A stretch of DNA of 64,000 nt. It comes from Candidatus Woesearchaeota archaeon (GTDB taxonomy: Archaea; Nanobdellota; Nanobdellia; Pacearchaeales; GW2011-AR1). Positions 16,450 to 25,835 of the stretch are shown piece after piece (position 1 is the first letter of the stretch; every line of letters starts with the position of its first letter). The stretch lies in assembly GCA_964495875.1 (NCBI GenBank), contig CAZBWB010000001.1, positions 10,269 through 74,268 on the forward strand. Reading direction: 5' to 3'. The notes under the pieces are model-generated. The model was not told the origin of the DNA, did not search any database, and was given only the letters and a program-made list of their open reading frames with translations. The position numbers and the translations under genes are program-made.

Positions 16450-19308
16450 ATGCCATTTATAAAAAAAATAGGGATGCACGGATTTAAGAGTTTTGTTAAA
16501 AAAACAGAGATTCCGTTCACATCCGGAATAAATGTCATTCTTGGTCCAAATGGTTCTGGAAAAAGTAATATTTCAGATGCACTATGTTTTGTCCTTGGAA
16601 GATTGAGCATAAAATCAATAAGGGCAGCCAGAGCAAAAAACTTAATTTTTATGGGAACAAAATCTGCATCTCCTGCAAAAGAAGCAATGGTGGAAATAGT
16701 GTTTGATAATTCTGACAAAACCTTTTCAATAGATAATAAAGAAATTTCAATTAAAAGGATTGTGAGAAAGAACAGCCAGAGCATATACAAAATCAATAAT
16801 GAAACAAAAACCCGGCAGGAAGTTTTGGCGTTATTGGCTCAGGCAGGAATAGACCCGAATGGTTTTAATATAATTTTGCAGGGCGAGATTCAAAATTTTG
16901 TAAGAATGCAGTCAGAAGAAAGGAGAAAAATTGTCGAAGAAGTTTCAGGAATTTCTGTTTATGAAATAAGAAAAGAAAAATCTCTCAGGGAATTGGAAAA
17001 AACAGAAGACAGGTTGAAAGAAGTGCTGGCAATATTAAGAGAAAGGACAATTTATCTGAACAATCTTGAAAAAGAAAGACAGCAGGCACTGAGATATAAG
17101 AAATTTGAAAGAGATATTAAAAGATACAAGGCAAGTCTGATTCATCATGATTTGACAAAAAAGAAAAAAGAAGCAAAAATTGTGGAGGAAGAAATTTCCA
17201 CAAAAGGAAAAGAGATAGAAAAATCCAAAAAACTAAATTTAACTATCAAAACTCTTATTGATAGTATTGAATCAAAAATAGACTCGATAAATTCTATTAT
17301 ACAAAAATCAACAGGACTTGAACAGGAAAAACTTAATCAGGAAATAGCAAATATAAGAGCAGAGCTTGCAGGAATAAATGTGAGAATTGAAAATTATCAA
17401 AACAAGATTTCGGATATAAAAAAGCAAAAACAGGAATCTGAAAAAATACTTCATGAGACTGAATCATCAATAAAAGAATTGAGAGAAAAATCTCCGAGCA
17501 AATCAAGAACACAAAAAGAAATAGAAGAGAAGAAAAAAGAGCTTGAAGAGCTTGAAAAGCAAAGAAAAAAATTTTACACAACAAAATCAGAACTTAAATC
17601 AATCAGAGGAGTAATTCATGACAAAAATACTCTTTTGCAAAATTTCACTAATGAATCAGAATTTCTGCTCAAACAGATAATCTCTTTCTCAAGAGACTTA
17701 TTTGACAAAAATACAAATGAAGAAAGGATTGATAAACTAAAAATTTCCCTTGCAGAAAAAAGAGAGCTTTTGGAAACATTGGGCAAACGTGAAATAAAAT
17801 TAGAAAAAATTTCCGCAGCAAATGAATATGAGATTGATAAACAGAATAAATTAATCAAAAAAATATCAAAGATGGATATCTGCCCTCTTTGTAAAAATAA
17901 AATCACCCAGGAACATATTGAAACTATACATAGAGAAGCATTTCCCCAAATCGAATCTCTGAAAAAAGAAATAGCAAATTCAGACAGGGAATTAACAGAA
18001 ATATATTCCAAAAAAGATATTGTTAAACAGGAAATAGAGCAGATGCTCTCTGAAATTTCAAAAAGAGAATCAGATTTAATCAAACTTTCAAATATAAACG
18101 AAAAGAAAGCTCAGATTAAAGTTCTTCAGGAAAAAATTGATTTGCTGAAAAAAGAGTTGTCTGAATTACATAAAAGAGAGAAAAATCTTGAAAATAATTT
18201 TGATGCAAATTCAAATATCGAGCAAAAATATGAAACCCTGAGAATTGAAATTCAGGAGATTTTATCCAGAAATAAAGAGAATATTACTTCAGAAATCTCA
18301 TTCAAACAAATGGAACTTGAGCGATTGAGAATTTCCCTGAATCAGCTAATGAGAGAAGAAGAGGATTTTGGAAAAGAACTTGAGGAACTTAAAAAAGAGA
18401 TGAATGAAAAAGAAAGAACACTTGAAAAAAAGAAAAAAATTGAACAGGAATTAATTGAAAAATTCCAAAAATTAATTTCAGAGAGAGATGCCCTGCAAAA
18501 GAAAATAAGAGAAAATGAAGCGAAATTATCTGCAAATCAGAATATAATCTATAACATTGAAAGTGATATCAATAATTTAAAAATAGATAAAGCAAGGCTC
18601 GATGCAGAAGTTGAAAATTTTGAAATAGAAATGCTAAATTTTCCGGATGTTGAAATAATAAAGGCAAGTAAAGACATGCTTTTGCAAAAATTAACAAGAG
18701 CTCAGGAAATCATATCCCGGATTGGCTCGGTAAATCTTCGTTCTCTGGAAGTTTATGAAAACATAAAAAAAGAATATGATTCGATAAAGGAAAAAACAGA
18801 AATCATAAACAAAGAAAAAGAAGGAATATTGAGAATAATTCATGAGATTGATATAAAAAAGAAAAAAACTTTTATGAAAACTCTTATTTCTCTTAATGAA
18901 ATTTTTTCCAGGAATTTCTCGCAATTGAGCGAAAAGGGGCATGTTTATCTCGAATTGGAAAACAAAAAAGAGCCTTTCTCGGGAGGACTCAGCATAACTG
19001 TAAAAACAGGGCACGGAAAATACTTTGATGTGAAATCTCTTTCAGGAGGAGAGCAGACGATTGTTGCCTTATCCTTAATTTTTGCAATCCAGGAATTAAG
19101 CCCGTATTATTTTTATATTTTGGATGAAATTGATGCAGCACTCGACAAGAGAAATTCTGCAAGACTCGCAACTTTGCTTACCAAATACATGAGAAAAGGG
19201 CAGTATATAGTAATTACCCATAACGATGAAATTATATCAAATGCCACAACCCTTTATGGCGTAAGCATGCATGATGGAATTAGTAAGATTGTTAGTTTGA
19301 GGGTTTAG
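16450..19308 (+). CDS. smc: SMC-family ATPase with a central Rad50-like CxxC hook in place of a hinge
   Basis: N-terminus FKSF..GPNGSGKSNISDALCFVLG, Q-loop ILQGEI, C-terminus LSGGEQTIVALSLIFAIQ and YILDEIDAALD (SMC-type). Midpoint CPLCKNKITQEH at aa 478-489 of 952. No glycine-rich hinge recognisable. Confidence 0.8.
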   Translation: MPFIKKIGMHGFKSFVKKTEIPFTSGINVILGPNGSGKSNISDALCFVLGRLSIKSIRAARAKNLIFMGTKSASPAKEAMVEIVFDNSDKTFSIDNKEISIKRIVRKNSQSIYKINNETKTRQEVLALLAQAGIDPNGFNIILQGEIQNFVRMQSEERRKIVEEVSGISVYEIRKEKSLRELEKTEDRLKEVLAILRERTIYLNNLEKERQQALRYKKFERDIKRYKASLIHHDLTKKKKEAKIVEEEISTKGKEIEKSKKLNLTIKTLIDSIESKIDSINSIIQKSTGLEQEKLNQEIANIRAELAGINVRIENYQNKISDIKKQKQESEKILHETESSIKELREKSPSKSRTQKEIEEKKKELEELEKQRKKFYTTKSELKSIRGVIHDKNTLLQNFTNESEFLLKQIISFSRDLFDKNTNEERIDKLKISLAEKRELLETLGKREIKLEKISAANEYEIDKQNKLIKKISKMDICPLCKNKITQEHIETIHREAFPQIESLKKEIANSDRELTEIYSKKDIVKQEIEQMLSEISKRESDLIKLSNINEKKAQIKVLQEKIDLLKKELSELHKREKNLENNFDANSNIEQKYETLRIEIQEILSRNKENITSEISFKQMELERLRISLNQLMREEEDFGKELEELKKEMNEKERTLEKKKKIEQELIEKFQKLISERDALQKKIRENEAKLSANQNIIYNIESDINNLKIDKARLDAEVENFEIEMLNFPDVEIIKASKDMLLQKLTRAQEIISRIGSVNLRSLEVYENIKKEYDSIKEKTEIINKEKEGILRIIHEIDIKKKKTFMKTLISLNEIFSRNFSQLSEKGHVYLELENKKEPFSGGLSITVKTGHGKYFDVKSLSGGEQTIVALSLIFAIQELSPYYFYILDEIDAALDKRNSARLATLLTKYMRKGQYIVITHNDEIISNATTLYGVSMHDGISKIVSLRV

Positions 19309-19313
19309 AAAAT

Positions 19314-19477
19314 TTATACATTTCCTTCTGGTTCTAAATAAAGAGAAATAGCTTCTTTTATTCTTTTGAGAAGTTCGTCCATGTTTTTAGCCTGAGTGTG
19401 ACATCCCGGAAGTTCAATTACTTCTGCTATCAAATAACCATTTTCTCCTTTTCTATAATTATATTAAAATTAGCCAT
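19314..19477 (-). pseudogene. hicB: HicB-like antitoxin (UPF0150), frameshifted
   Basis: MANFNIIIEKEK reads into a stop. The next frame continues ENGYLIAEVIELPGCHTQAKNMDELLKRIKEAISLYLEPEGNV. The shift lies in an A-run near 19440-19446. Confidence 0.5.
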
Positions 19478-19506
19478 ATTATTTATCTTAAAAGATAATT
19501 TAGAGA

Positions 19507-19761
19507 TTAAATATTATTTCCATCTGATGCTCTTTCTTCTAAAACTCTTGAAATCTCATAGAATTGCATGCTTCTATCTGTATCAAAAACAAAAAAGAAC
19601 CGGTCTAAAATTCCTTTTGGTTTCAATGAAGATAAATTCTCTTCTAATGTTTTTTGAGATTCGTTTTCAATACTCCTGCGAAAATCTCTGCTTTTTTCAA
19701 TGTAAAGTTTTGCTAAATTTTCTTCAGGAGTAAATCCAGTAAAATGATTTGTTGAATACAT
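19507..19761 (-). CDS. Hypothetical protein
   Basis: 84-aa ORF, preferred over the low-complexity antisense ORF 19398-19733. Confidence 0.4.
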   Translation of the reverse strand: MYSTNHFTGFTPEENLAKLYIEKSRDFRRSIENESQKTLEENLSSLKPKGILDRFFFVFDTDRSMQFYEISRVLEERASDGNNI

Positions 19762-19871
19762 CTAAAAAATATTAAATCTATGTTTTATAAATTTTTATTT
19801 GATATTGTGATAAACAAAATCTCTTTTAAAAAAAGGAGAAAGTACAAATAAAATAAAAAAATTAAAAAGAA

Positions 19872-21086
19872 TTAATAGTAACTTTCTCCGAATTCTTCAG
19901 TTTTTTCTGGTTTCTTTGTTATCAAAACAATCATTACAACCAACAGAACCAAGAAGATTATTGCAAGTATAACTGTCAATACAACAACCGGACTTGCTAT
20001 TTTTTCTTCACCAGCACTGCCACTGAAATTAACTGTTCCAACAAGTTCATTTCCGGAAAAGACAAATACATCAAAATTGTATTGTTCATCTTCCATTTTT
20101 ATCGGAACTAACTTGCTTGAACCAGCCTGAACAACGACAGTCAATTCTTCTGCTGGATAAACCACTCTGTAAACTTTCAACTGGTTAGTTGGATTTAATA
20201 CCAATAGGTTATCTCCTGATTTTAGTGCAACTTCAGGGAAACCATTCTCGATAGCAACTTGCTTTGTAACAATGTTGTTGAAATCCTCGTTACCTACTTC
20301 AACTTCAAGGGTGTATATTCCAGATGCAACATCATAAGGAATTTCTAAGTAGATTCTTCCACTTACAGTATCCTCATCATCATCGTCATTGTAATCACAT
20401 TCCCATCCATCATCAGTCCATTCACATTCCAACTTACCTTCGATAGATACCAAATCTCCGAAATAAGCTGTTCTTTCAATATCTAATTCAGGAATTCTGA
20501 CAGTCACATCAATATCTTCCAAATCATTATAACCAGTATTTTTCAAGACAACATCAACAGGTGAAATTTGTCCTGCTTCGAGTTTGCTGCTTACAATTAT
20601 TGATTTGACATCTGCATCATATGAAGTTCTTTGAACGTTTATATTTTCATCTTCAACTTCTGTTTCAAAATCTGAATTCCAGATTCTTAAAGTCAAAGTC
20701 ATATCTTCACTAACTTCATCTTTATCAACTTCAGGAACTTTCAATGTTAAAGTTTTAACATAAGTGTTTCCATCTTCAACATCAAAATAAGAAGTAACGT
20801 CAGAGTCTTCTCCTTCGTTTCCTTCAAGTGTGGCTTTTACCCTAACATCTGATTCATCAACACCAGATTCAAAGTAAACTTTTATACTAACTGTATCACC
20901 AGCATTCAAACTTGCAGTGGAACAAGTAGTAATATCTATTCCATCTACTCTAAGTTCTGTTACTGTAAAGCCGTCTTCTTCAACAACAGTATACTGACTT
21001 GAAGCACTTACACCAGCTGCCAAAAATAAAAGAGTTGCGATTGCTAAAAAAGAAACCAAAGTTTTTTTAGCATTCATTTTTTTCAT
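19872..21086 (-). CDS. Secreted acidic surface protein with a C-terminal membrane anchor (S-layer/cell-surface candidate)
   Basis: N-terminal signal peptide KKTLVSFLAIATLLFLAAGVSA, acidic beta-rich body, C-terminal TM VVVLTVILAIIFLVLLVVMIVLI followed by KKPEK. Confidence 0.65.
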   Translation of the reverse strand: MKKMNAKKTLVSFLAIATLLFLAAGVSASSQYTVVEEDGFTVTELRVDGIDITTCSTASLNAGDTVSIKVYFESGVDESDVRVKATLEGNEGEDSDVTSYFDVEDGNTYVKTLTLKVPEVDKDEVSEDMTLTLRIWNSDFETEVEDENINVQRTSYDADVKSIIVSSKLEAGQISPVDVVLKNTGYNDLEDIDVTVRIPELDIERTAYFGDLVSIEGKLECEWTDDGWECDYNDDDDEDTVSGRIYLEIPYDVASGIYTLEVEVGNEDFNNIVTKQVAIENGFPEVALKSGDNLLVLNPTNQLKVYRVVYPAEELTVVVQAGSSKLVPIKMEDEQYNFDVFVFSGNELVGTVNFSGSAGEEKIASPVVVLTVILAIIFLVLLVVMIVLITKKPEKTEEFGESYY

Positions 21087-21215
21087 TTTATATTTAATTG
21101 CAGAAAACTTAGTTTTCTGTAAATTTCACACATTAAAATTCTTTATAAACTTTATGGTGACAACATACTATCCTAATTTATTAGTACTAAATGTCAGTAA
21201 CATATAGTGACTTAA

Positions 21216-21989
21216 TTATATTTGTTCATTAATTCCCAAGCCCAACACAGAATCCTGGACAGGTGACGGACTCTCATTGATAATAACAATATCTTTGTTT
21301 TTTGGCAGATTGCTTATTAATTTTTTCATTTCATCTTCAGGAGTTTTTTTGTGGCGTTTTTCCCCTTTTTCTCCGTGTTCAATTCCTGAAAAATGCACAT
21401 GCCATTTTTTATATTTTCCAAATTTTTCCTTGACTTCTTCAAAATTATATGTTTTGTATCTCGCTAAAATGTGCGCAAAATCAATGCAAAAACTGCATCC
21501 AGTTTCTTCAACTAATTTGTGAATCTCATTAACAGTTCCAAACACATTTATCTTTCCGCTTGTTTCAGGTGCGAGCTTGATTTTCCATTTATTCTTTTTT
21601 ATCTCTTCCCGCATTTCCATAATCTGTTCCTTAATATTCTCAAATGCTTCCTGTTTGCTGTCTTTCCCGTAATAGCCAGGATGAAAAACAACTTTTTTTG
21701 CTTTAAGCCAGTTGCCGACTTCACAGCATTTCAAAATCCTTTCCTTGCTTTTCTCAATTTTTTCCTTGTCAGCAGAATTCAAATTAATCCAGTAAGGTGC
21801 ATGAATGCTCAATGCAATTCCGAGTTTCTTTGCAGCCCTGCCGATTTTCAAAGTATCTTCTTTTCTTTTAATATAAACTCCGTAAGTAAATGCAATCTCG
21901 CATGCTTTTAATCCAAGTTTATGATACATCTCAAGATTAGAAATCGCTTCATTCACTCCACCCAATCCTGCTGGTCCGAATTTTATCAT
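21216..21989 (-). CDS. nfo: Endonuclease IV-like AP endonuclease (TIM barrel)
   Basis: SIHAPYWINL, VVFHPGYYG, APETSGK, CIDFAHILA. Confidence 0.75.
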   Translation of the reverse strand: MIKFGPAGLGGVNEAISNLEMYHKLGLKACEIAFTYGVYIKRKEDTLKIGRAAKKLGIALSIHAPYWINLNSADKEKIEKSKERILKCCEVGNWLKAKKVVFHPGYYGKDSKQEAFENIKEQIMEMREEIKKNKWKIKLAPETSGKINVFGTVNEIHKLVEETGCSFCIDFAHILARYKTYNFEEVKEKFGKYKKWHVHFSGIEHGEKGEKRHKKTPEDEMKKLISNLPKNKDIVIINESPSPVQDSVLGLGINEQI

Positions 21990-22059
21990 AATGCTAAAAA
22001 GAAATAAATACTTTATAGAAGTTTTGATATAAAAAAGTAAAAATTAAAATCTTGATATT

Positions 22060-22431
22060 TCAAAAAAATCCCAAGATATTTTGAAGAGTTTTGTTCTTGG
22101 TATATAATTCCGGGATAGCATCATTCCATCTATAATAAATACTGGAATCTCTGTAATCATTTAACAGATAAGCAATTTTATCAATCACTAATAATTTGGC
22201 AACCTCTTCTAAATCTCTTCTATCCTTCCTGCCAGCATCAATCCTATTGATTTCTCCTGTGTCTATCTCTTTCTGAAGATTTTCTTTAACTAATTTAGTA
22301 TAAGCGTCAACATAATTTCTGATTTTCTGTTTATCTTCAAGTCCCACTATTGCTTCTATAAGTATCTTATCTTTAAGTCTTCTTTTTTCAACAGATTTTC
22401 TTAATTTTGTTACAAATTTTTCAGCTGACAT
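22060..22431 (-). CDS. Hypothetical protein
   Basis: 123-aa ORF; no motif recognised. Confidence 0.5.
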   Translation of the reverse strand: MSAEKFVTKLRKSVEKRRLKDKILIEAIVGLEDKQKIRNYVDAYTKLVKENLQKEIDTGEINRIDAGRKDRRDLEEVAKLLVIDKIAYLLNDYRDSSIYYRWNDAIPELYTKNKTLQNILGFF

Positions 22432-22489
22432 TTATTGTGTTTAACTAATTAAAAAGAAATTTATATTGGACTTTTAAATATTATTATAT

Positions 22490-23620
22490 TCAAAAACTAA
22501 TCAACTTAACTTTTGTATCAGTTGTTGCAAAATTCTTTGCCACAATGACAGAACAGCCAGCTTCTCCTGCATTTTTTATTGCAGAATTTGTTGCAATACC
22601 ATCAATTATTATTGCAAAAGCTTTTTCATTTATTCTCTTCAATGTGTTGCTTAAATTTCTCACAGGGATTTTTTTAATTTCATTTAAAGAAGCATTCAAA
22701 AGGACAGCTTTTCCTGAACCTTTATTTTTTTTGAAAATTTCCTGAAGTTTTTCTTTGTTTAATCTTACATCTTTTTTGGAAGAAGAGGAGCTCTTTTTGA
22801 ACCCCTCTCTTGATAAAAATTCTTCAGCAGATATTTTCTTTCTCAAAGCCATGAAAATTTCTTTTCCGGTAAGTTCTTCAACTTCTTTTCCGTCAGGTGC
22901 TCTTGCAATATAAGAAATCTTTACATTATCAACGACATTCTGGGCAATCAGTTTTCCGCCCCTGTCACCATCAATAAACAGAGTAATTTCTTTTTCTTCA
23001 TTTAATTTTTTTATTTCATCAGGAAGTTTTGTTCCATTCATTCCGATTACATTATTAACACCATTTTTGATTAAATTTAAAACATCTGCCCGTCCTTCAA
23101 CAACAACAATCTCCTTGCCTGATAAATCTCCGCATGGAAGTTTGCTTTCTCCATATTCCTGAATTCCGGCCATTCTTGAAGCACTCTTAATTTCCTCAGA
23201 AATTTCTCTGGAACTTGTTGAACCCTGAATTTCTCGCATTAATTTTTTAGCCCTCTCAATAATGTAGTCTCTCTTGCCTCCACGGACATCTTCAATTCTT
23301 TCAACTTCAATTTGAGAATCACACGGACCTATTCTTTCAATTGTCTCTATTGCTGCTCCAATCAAAGTAGTTTCTGACTGGTCTAATGCAGTGGGAATTT
23401 TGATAACACCAATAGTTCTTTTGTTTTCCCTGTGTAAATCAACTTCTATTCTGCCTATTTTTCCTTCTTTTTGCAATTCCCTCATTTCCAAATCTGCCCC
23501 TAAAAGTCCCTCTGTTTGTCCAAAAATAGCTCCGATTACATCGGGCTTTTCCGGTGCACCTTCGGCTACGAAATTTGCATGTATCATGTATTTTATCGAT
23601 ACTGGACTTATTTTTGCCAT
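22490..23620 (-). CDS. dnaG: Archaeal DnaG-type primase (TOPRIM)
   Basis: N-terminus KYMIHANFVAEG..VIGAIFGQTEGLLG. TOPRIM VVVEGRADVLNL ... FIDGDRGG. Confidence 0.85.
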   Translation of the reverse strand: MAKISPVSIKYMIHANFVAEGAPEKPDVIGAIFGQTEGLLGADLEMRELQKEGKIGRIEVDLHRENKRTIGVIKIPTALDQSETTLIGAAIETIERIGPCDSQIEVERIEDVRGGKRDYIIERAKKLMREIQGSTSSREISEEIKSASRMAGIQEYGESKLPCGDLSGKEIVVVEGRADVLNLIKNGVNNVIGMNGTKLPDEIKKLNEEKEITLFIDGDRGGKLIAQNVVDNVKISYIARAPDGKEVEELTGKEIFMALRKKISAEEFLSREGFKKSSSSSKKDVRLNKEKLQEIFKKNKGSGKAVLLNASLNEIKKIPVRNLSNTLKRINEKAFAIIIDGIATNSAIKNAGEAGCSVIVAKNFATTDTKVKLISF

Positions 23621-23719
23621 TATTTTTTATTCTCCAATTTAATTAATTGAAACCATAATGATTTCACATAGAAAAATATCTTTTACAATTTCTTTCTCAC
23701 TACTTCAAATGAAGATAAC

Positions 23720-23760
23720 GTAAGACACCCACGGTTTCTTGACGTTCAACTTCCCTTAAA
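23720..23760 (+). repeat. Free-standing copy of the tRNA-intron core element
   Basis: GTAAGACACCCACGGTTTCTTGACGTTCAACTTCCCTTAAA matches the 5' part of the tRNA-Ser(GCU) intron (30/36 over the core). It lies on the opposite strand to the tRNA genes, and no tRNA exon sequence flanks it. Confidence 0.45.
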
Positions 23761-23844
23761 TTTGACTCAAGGTTGATTGAATGTGATCGTGATTAATGAT
23801 AATCGTGATATTCTTCTAATGAATATCCATACAAAAAGAAGTTT

Positions 23845-24168
23845 TTAAAGTTTTGGGCTAAAAAACATCATCTTAATTCCCTTGGGATAAATATCTTCAA
23901 GAGAGGTTCTTAATTTTTCCATTGTTTCAGGATCAATGTCATCGTCCACAGCAACAAAGCAATCTGCAAATTCTTCTAATCTTCCGCAAATTCCCCAAAC
24001 ATTAACTCTGTATAATGAACCTTTTTTATCATAACATTCTATAATCCTTATGTCTTTTCCATTTATCGACTTATTGCAGTATAATATTTTGCTTCTGTCT
24101 TTGTTAATTTTTCTGAAATTTTTTGGAATAAAAATAGGATTCATTTTTACTAAATGTAAAAAGGACAA
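23845..24168 (-). CDS. Hypothetical protein
   Basis: 107-aa ORF (the start may be the internal MNPIF); no motif recognised. Confidence 0.4.
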   Translation of the reverse strand: MSFLHLVKMNPIFIPKNFRKINKDRSKILYCNKSINGKDIRIIECYDKKGSLYRVNVWGICGRLEEFADCFVAVDDDIDPETMEKLRTSLEDIYPKGIKMMFFSPKL

Positions 24169-24551
24169 TATTTATTATAAGGATTTTTACATTCTTTACA
24201 TATTTCTTTATATTTTGTATAATATCCTAAGCAGATTTCTGTTCTGTTTTCTAAATTTTTAGGACTATGACTGGATTTCCTTGTATCTCTTCTAATGTTT
24301 TTTTCATAATTTCTGTCAGTTTGATTTTCTGTCATGAGAAAAAGTTATTTTTTGGACTTATAAATTTTTTGAGAATTTTATCTTTTGTTCAAATATTGTT
24401 CAAACATATGAATTATGCTGATTCTCTTCATTCCTTTAGGAAAGTGATGACTATAATTAGAGATAACTTCCAACAAACCCTCTCTGTTAAGTAATCTTTT
24501 GTGCATTTCTTCGAATAAATTGTTATATTTTTCCATTTTTTAAAGAAATTT

Positions 24552-25835
24552 TTATTCTTTTTTCTTAGTAATTTCAACACAAACACCTGCAGCTACAGTT
24601 GCACCTGCATCTCTTACTGCAAATCTTGACATGAATGAATTGTCTTTTTGTGTTTCCAGGCATAAATTTCCCTGAGGTTTTATTCTTACTTTAGCAACAT
24701 CCCCATTTTTCAAAAAATCAGGGTTTTGTTTAATTACCTGTCCTGTTTTTGGGTCAATTTGTTCTATGAGTTCAACAAACTGACAAGGAACCTGAGCTGT
24801 ATGAACATGGAATACAGGAGTATAACCTTTTGCTAACACTGTCGGATGATTTATAACTGCAACCTGAGCAATAAACTCTTCAACAACAGGAACTGGTTTG
24901 GCAGCATCACAGATAACATCTCCTCTTGCAATATCTTTTTTGCCAATACCCCTTATGTTTATTCCAATATTATCTCCTGCAGTTGCTTCCGGAAGATTCT
25001 CATGATGCATTTCAATTGTCTTAACTTCTCCTTCAATTCCTTTACCAGTTCTTCCTGGAAGAACTTTAACTTTCATTCCTTGTTTCATAACACCTGTCTC
25101 AATTTTCCCAACAGGAACTGTTCCTATTCCGGTAATCTCATAAACATCCTGAACAGGCATTCTCATTGGCAAGTCAACCGGCAGTTCTGGTTCAGGGAAC
25201 AAATCAAATTGTTCCAGTATTGTCGGTCCTTTATACCAAGCCATTTGCTCTGATTTCTTAGTAATATTATCTCCTTTTAATCCAGAACATGCAATGAAAT
25301 TAATTTTCTCTATATTATATCCTACTGTTTTTAGCAATCCAGAAACATCTTCTTTAACTTTGTTGAATTTTGCTTCATCATATCCTGCACTATCCATTTT
25401 ATTAAGACTAACGCACACATTTTGAACACCCATTGTTCTTAAAAGCCACAAGTGCTCTTGGGTTTGTGGTTCTACACCTTTATTAACATCAACAACCAAG
25501 AATGCAGCATCTGCCTGGCTCGCACCAGTAATCATATTTTTAACAAAGTCTCTGTGTCCAGGAGCATCAATGATTGTTATCTGGAATTTATTAGTCATGA
25601 TTTTCTTATATGCCAAATCAATCGTAACTCCTCTTTCTCTTTCTTCCTTAATCTTATCCATAATGTAAGCAAATTCAAAACCAGGTTTTCCGTGCTTTTC
25701 AGCCTCTTCTCTTAATTTTTTCATTTGCTGTTCAGAAACAGCTCCGCTTAGGAACAATAGCTGTCCAACTATTGTTGACTTTCCAGCGTCGACGTGCCCG
25801 ACGAACACGACGTTCATATTTGGTTTTTCTTTAGC
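24552..25835 (-). CDS. tuf: Translation elongation factor EF-1 alpha
   Basis: Likely start MAKEKPNMNVVFVGHVDAGKST (the track ORF is extended 17 codons upstream). DAPGHRDF, NKMD. Confidence 0.9.
   Translation of the reverse strand, partial: AKEKPNMNVVFVGHVDAGKSTIVGQLLFLSGAVSEQQMKKLREEAEKHGKPGFEFAYIMDKIKEERERGVTIDLAYKKIMTNKFQITIIDAPGHRDFVKNMITGASQADAAFLVVDVNKGVEPQTQEHLWLLRTMGVQNVCVSLNKMDSAGYDEAKFNKVKEDVSGLLKTVGYNIEKINFIACSGLKGDNITKKSEQMAWYKGPTILEQFDLFPEPELPVDLPMRMPVQDVYEITGIGTVPVGKIETGVMKQGMKVKVLPGRTGKGIEGEVKTIEMHHENLPEATAGDNIGINIRGIGKKDIARGDVICDAAKPVPVVEEFIAQVAVINHPTVLAKGYTPVFHVHTAQVPCQFVELIEQIDPKTGQVIKQNPDFLKNGDVAKVRIKPQGNLCLETQKDNSFMSRFAVRDAGATVAAGVCVEITKKKE

Noticed and set aside
19398-19733. 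111-aa plus-strand track ORF.
   Set aside because: Leu/Phe/Ile-rich low-complexity sequence that overlaps a more plausible minus-strand ORF and the hicB remnant. Likely non-coding.
24150-24538. Small minus-strand ORFs downstream of tuf: a 61-aa Cys-rich ORF at 24150-24335 and a ~52-aa ORF at about 24380-24538, in the place where rps10 is usually found.
   Set aside because: Neither resembles S10, and the support is only an open frame. Left unannotated.
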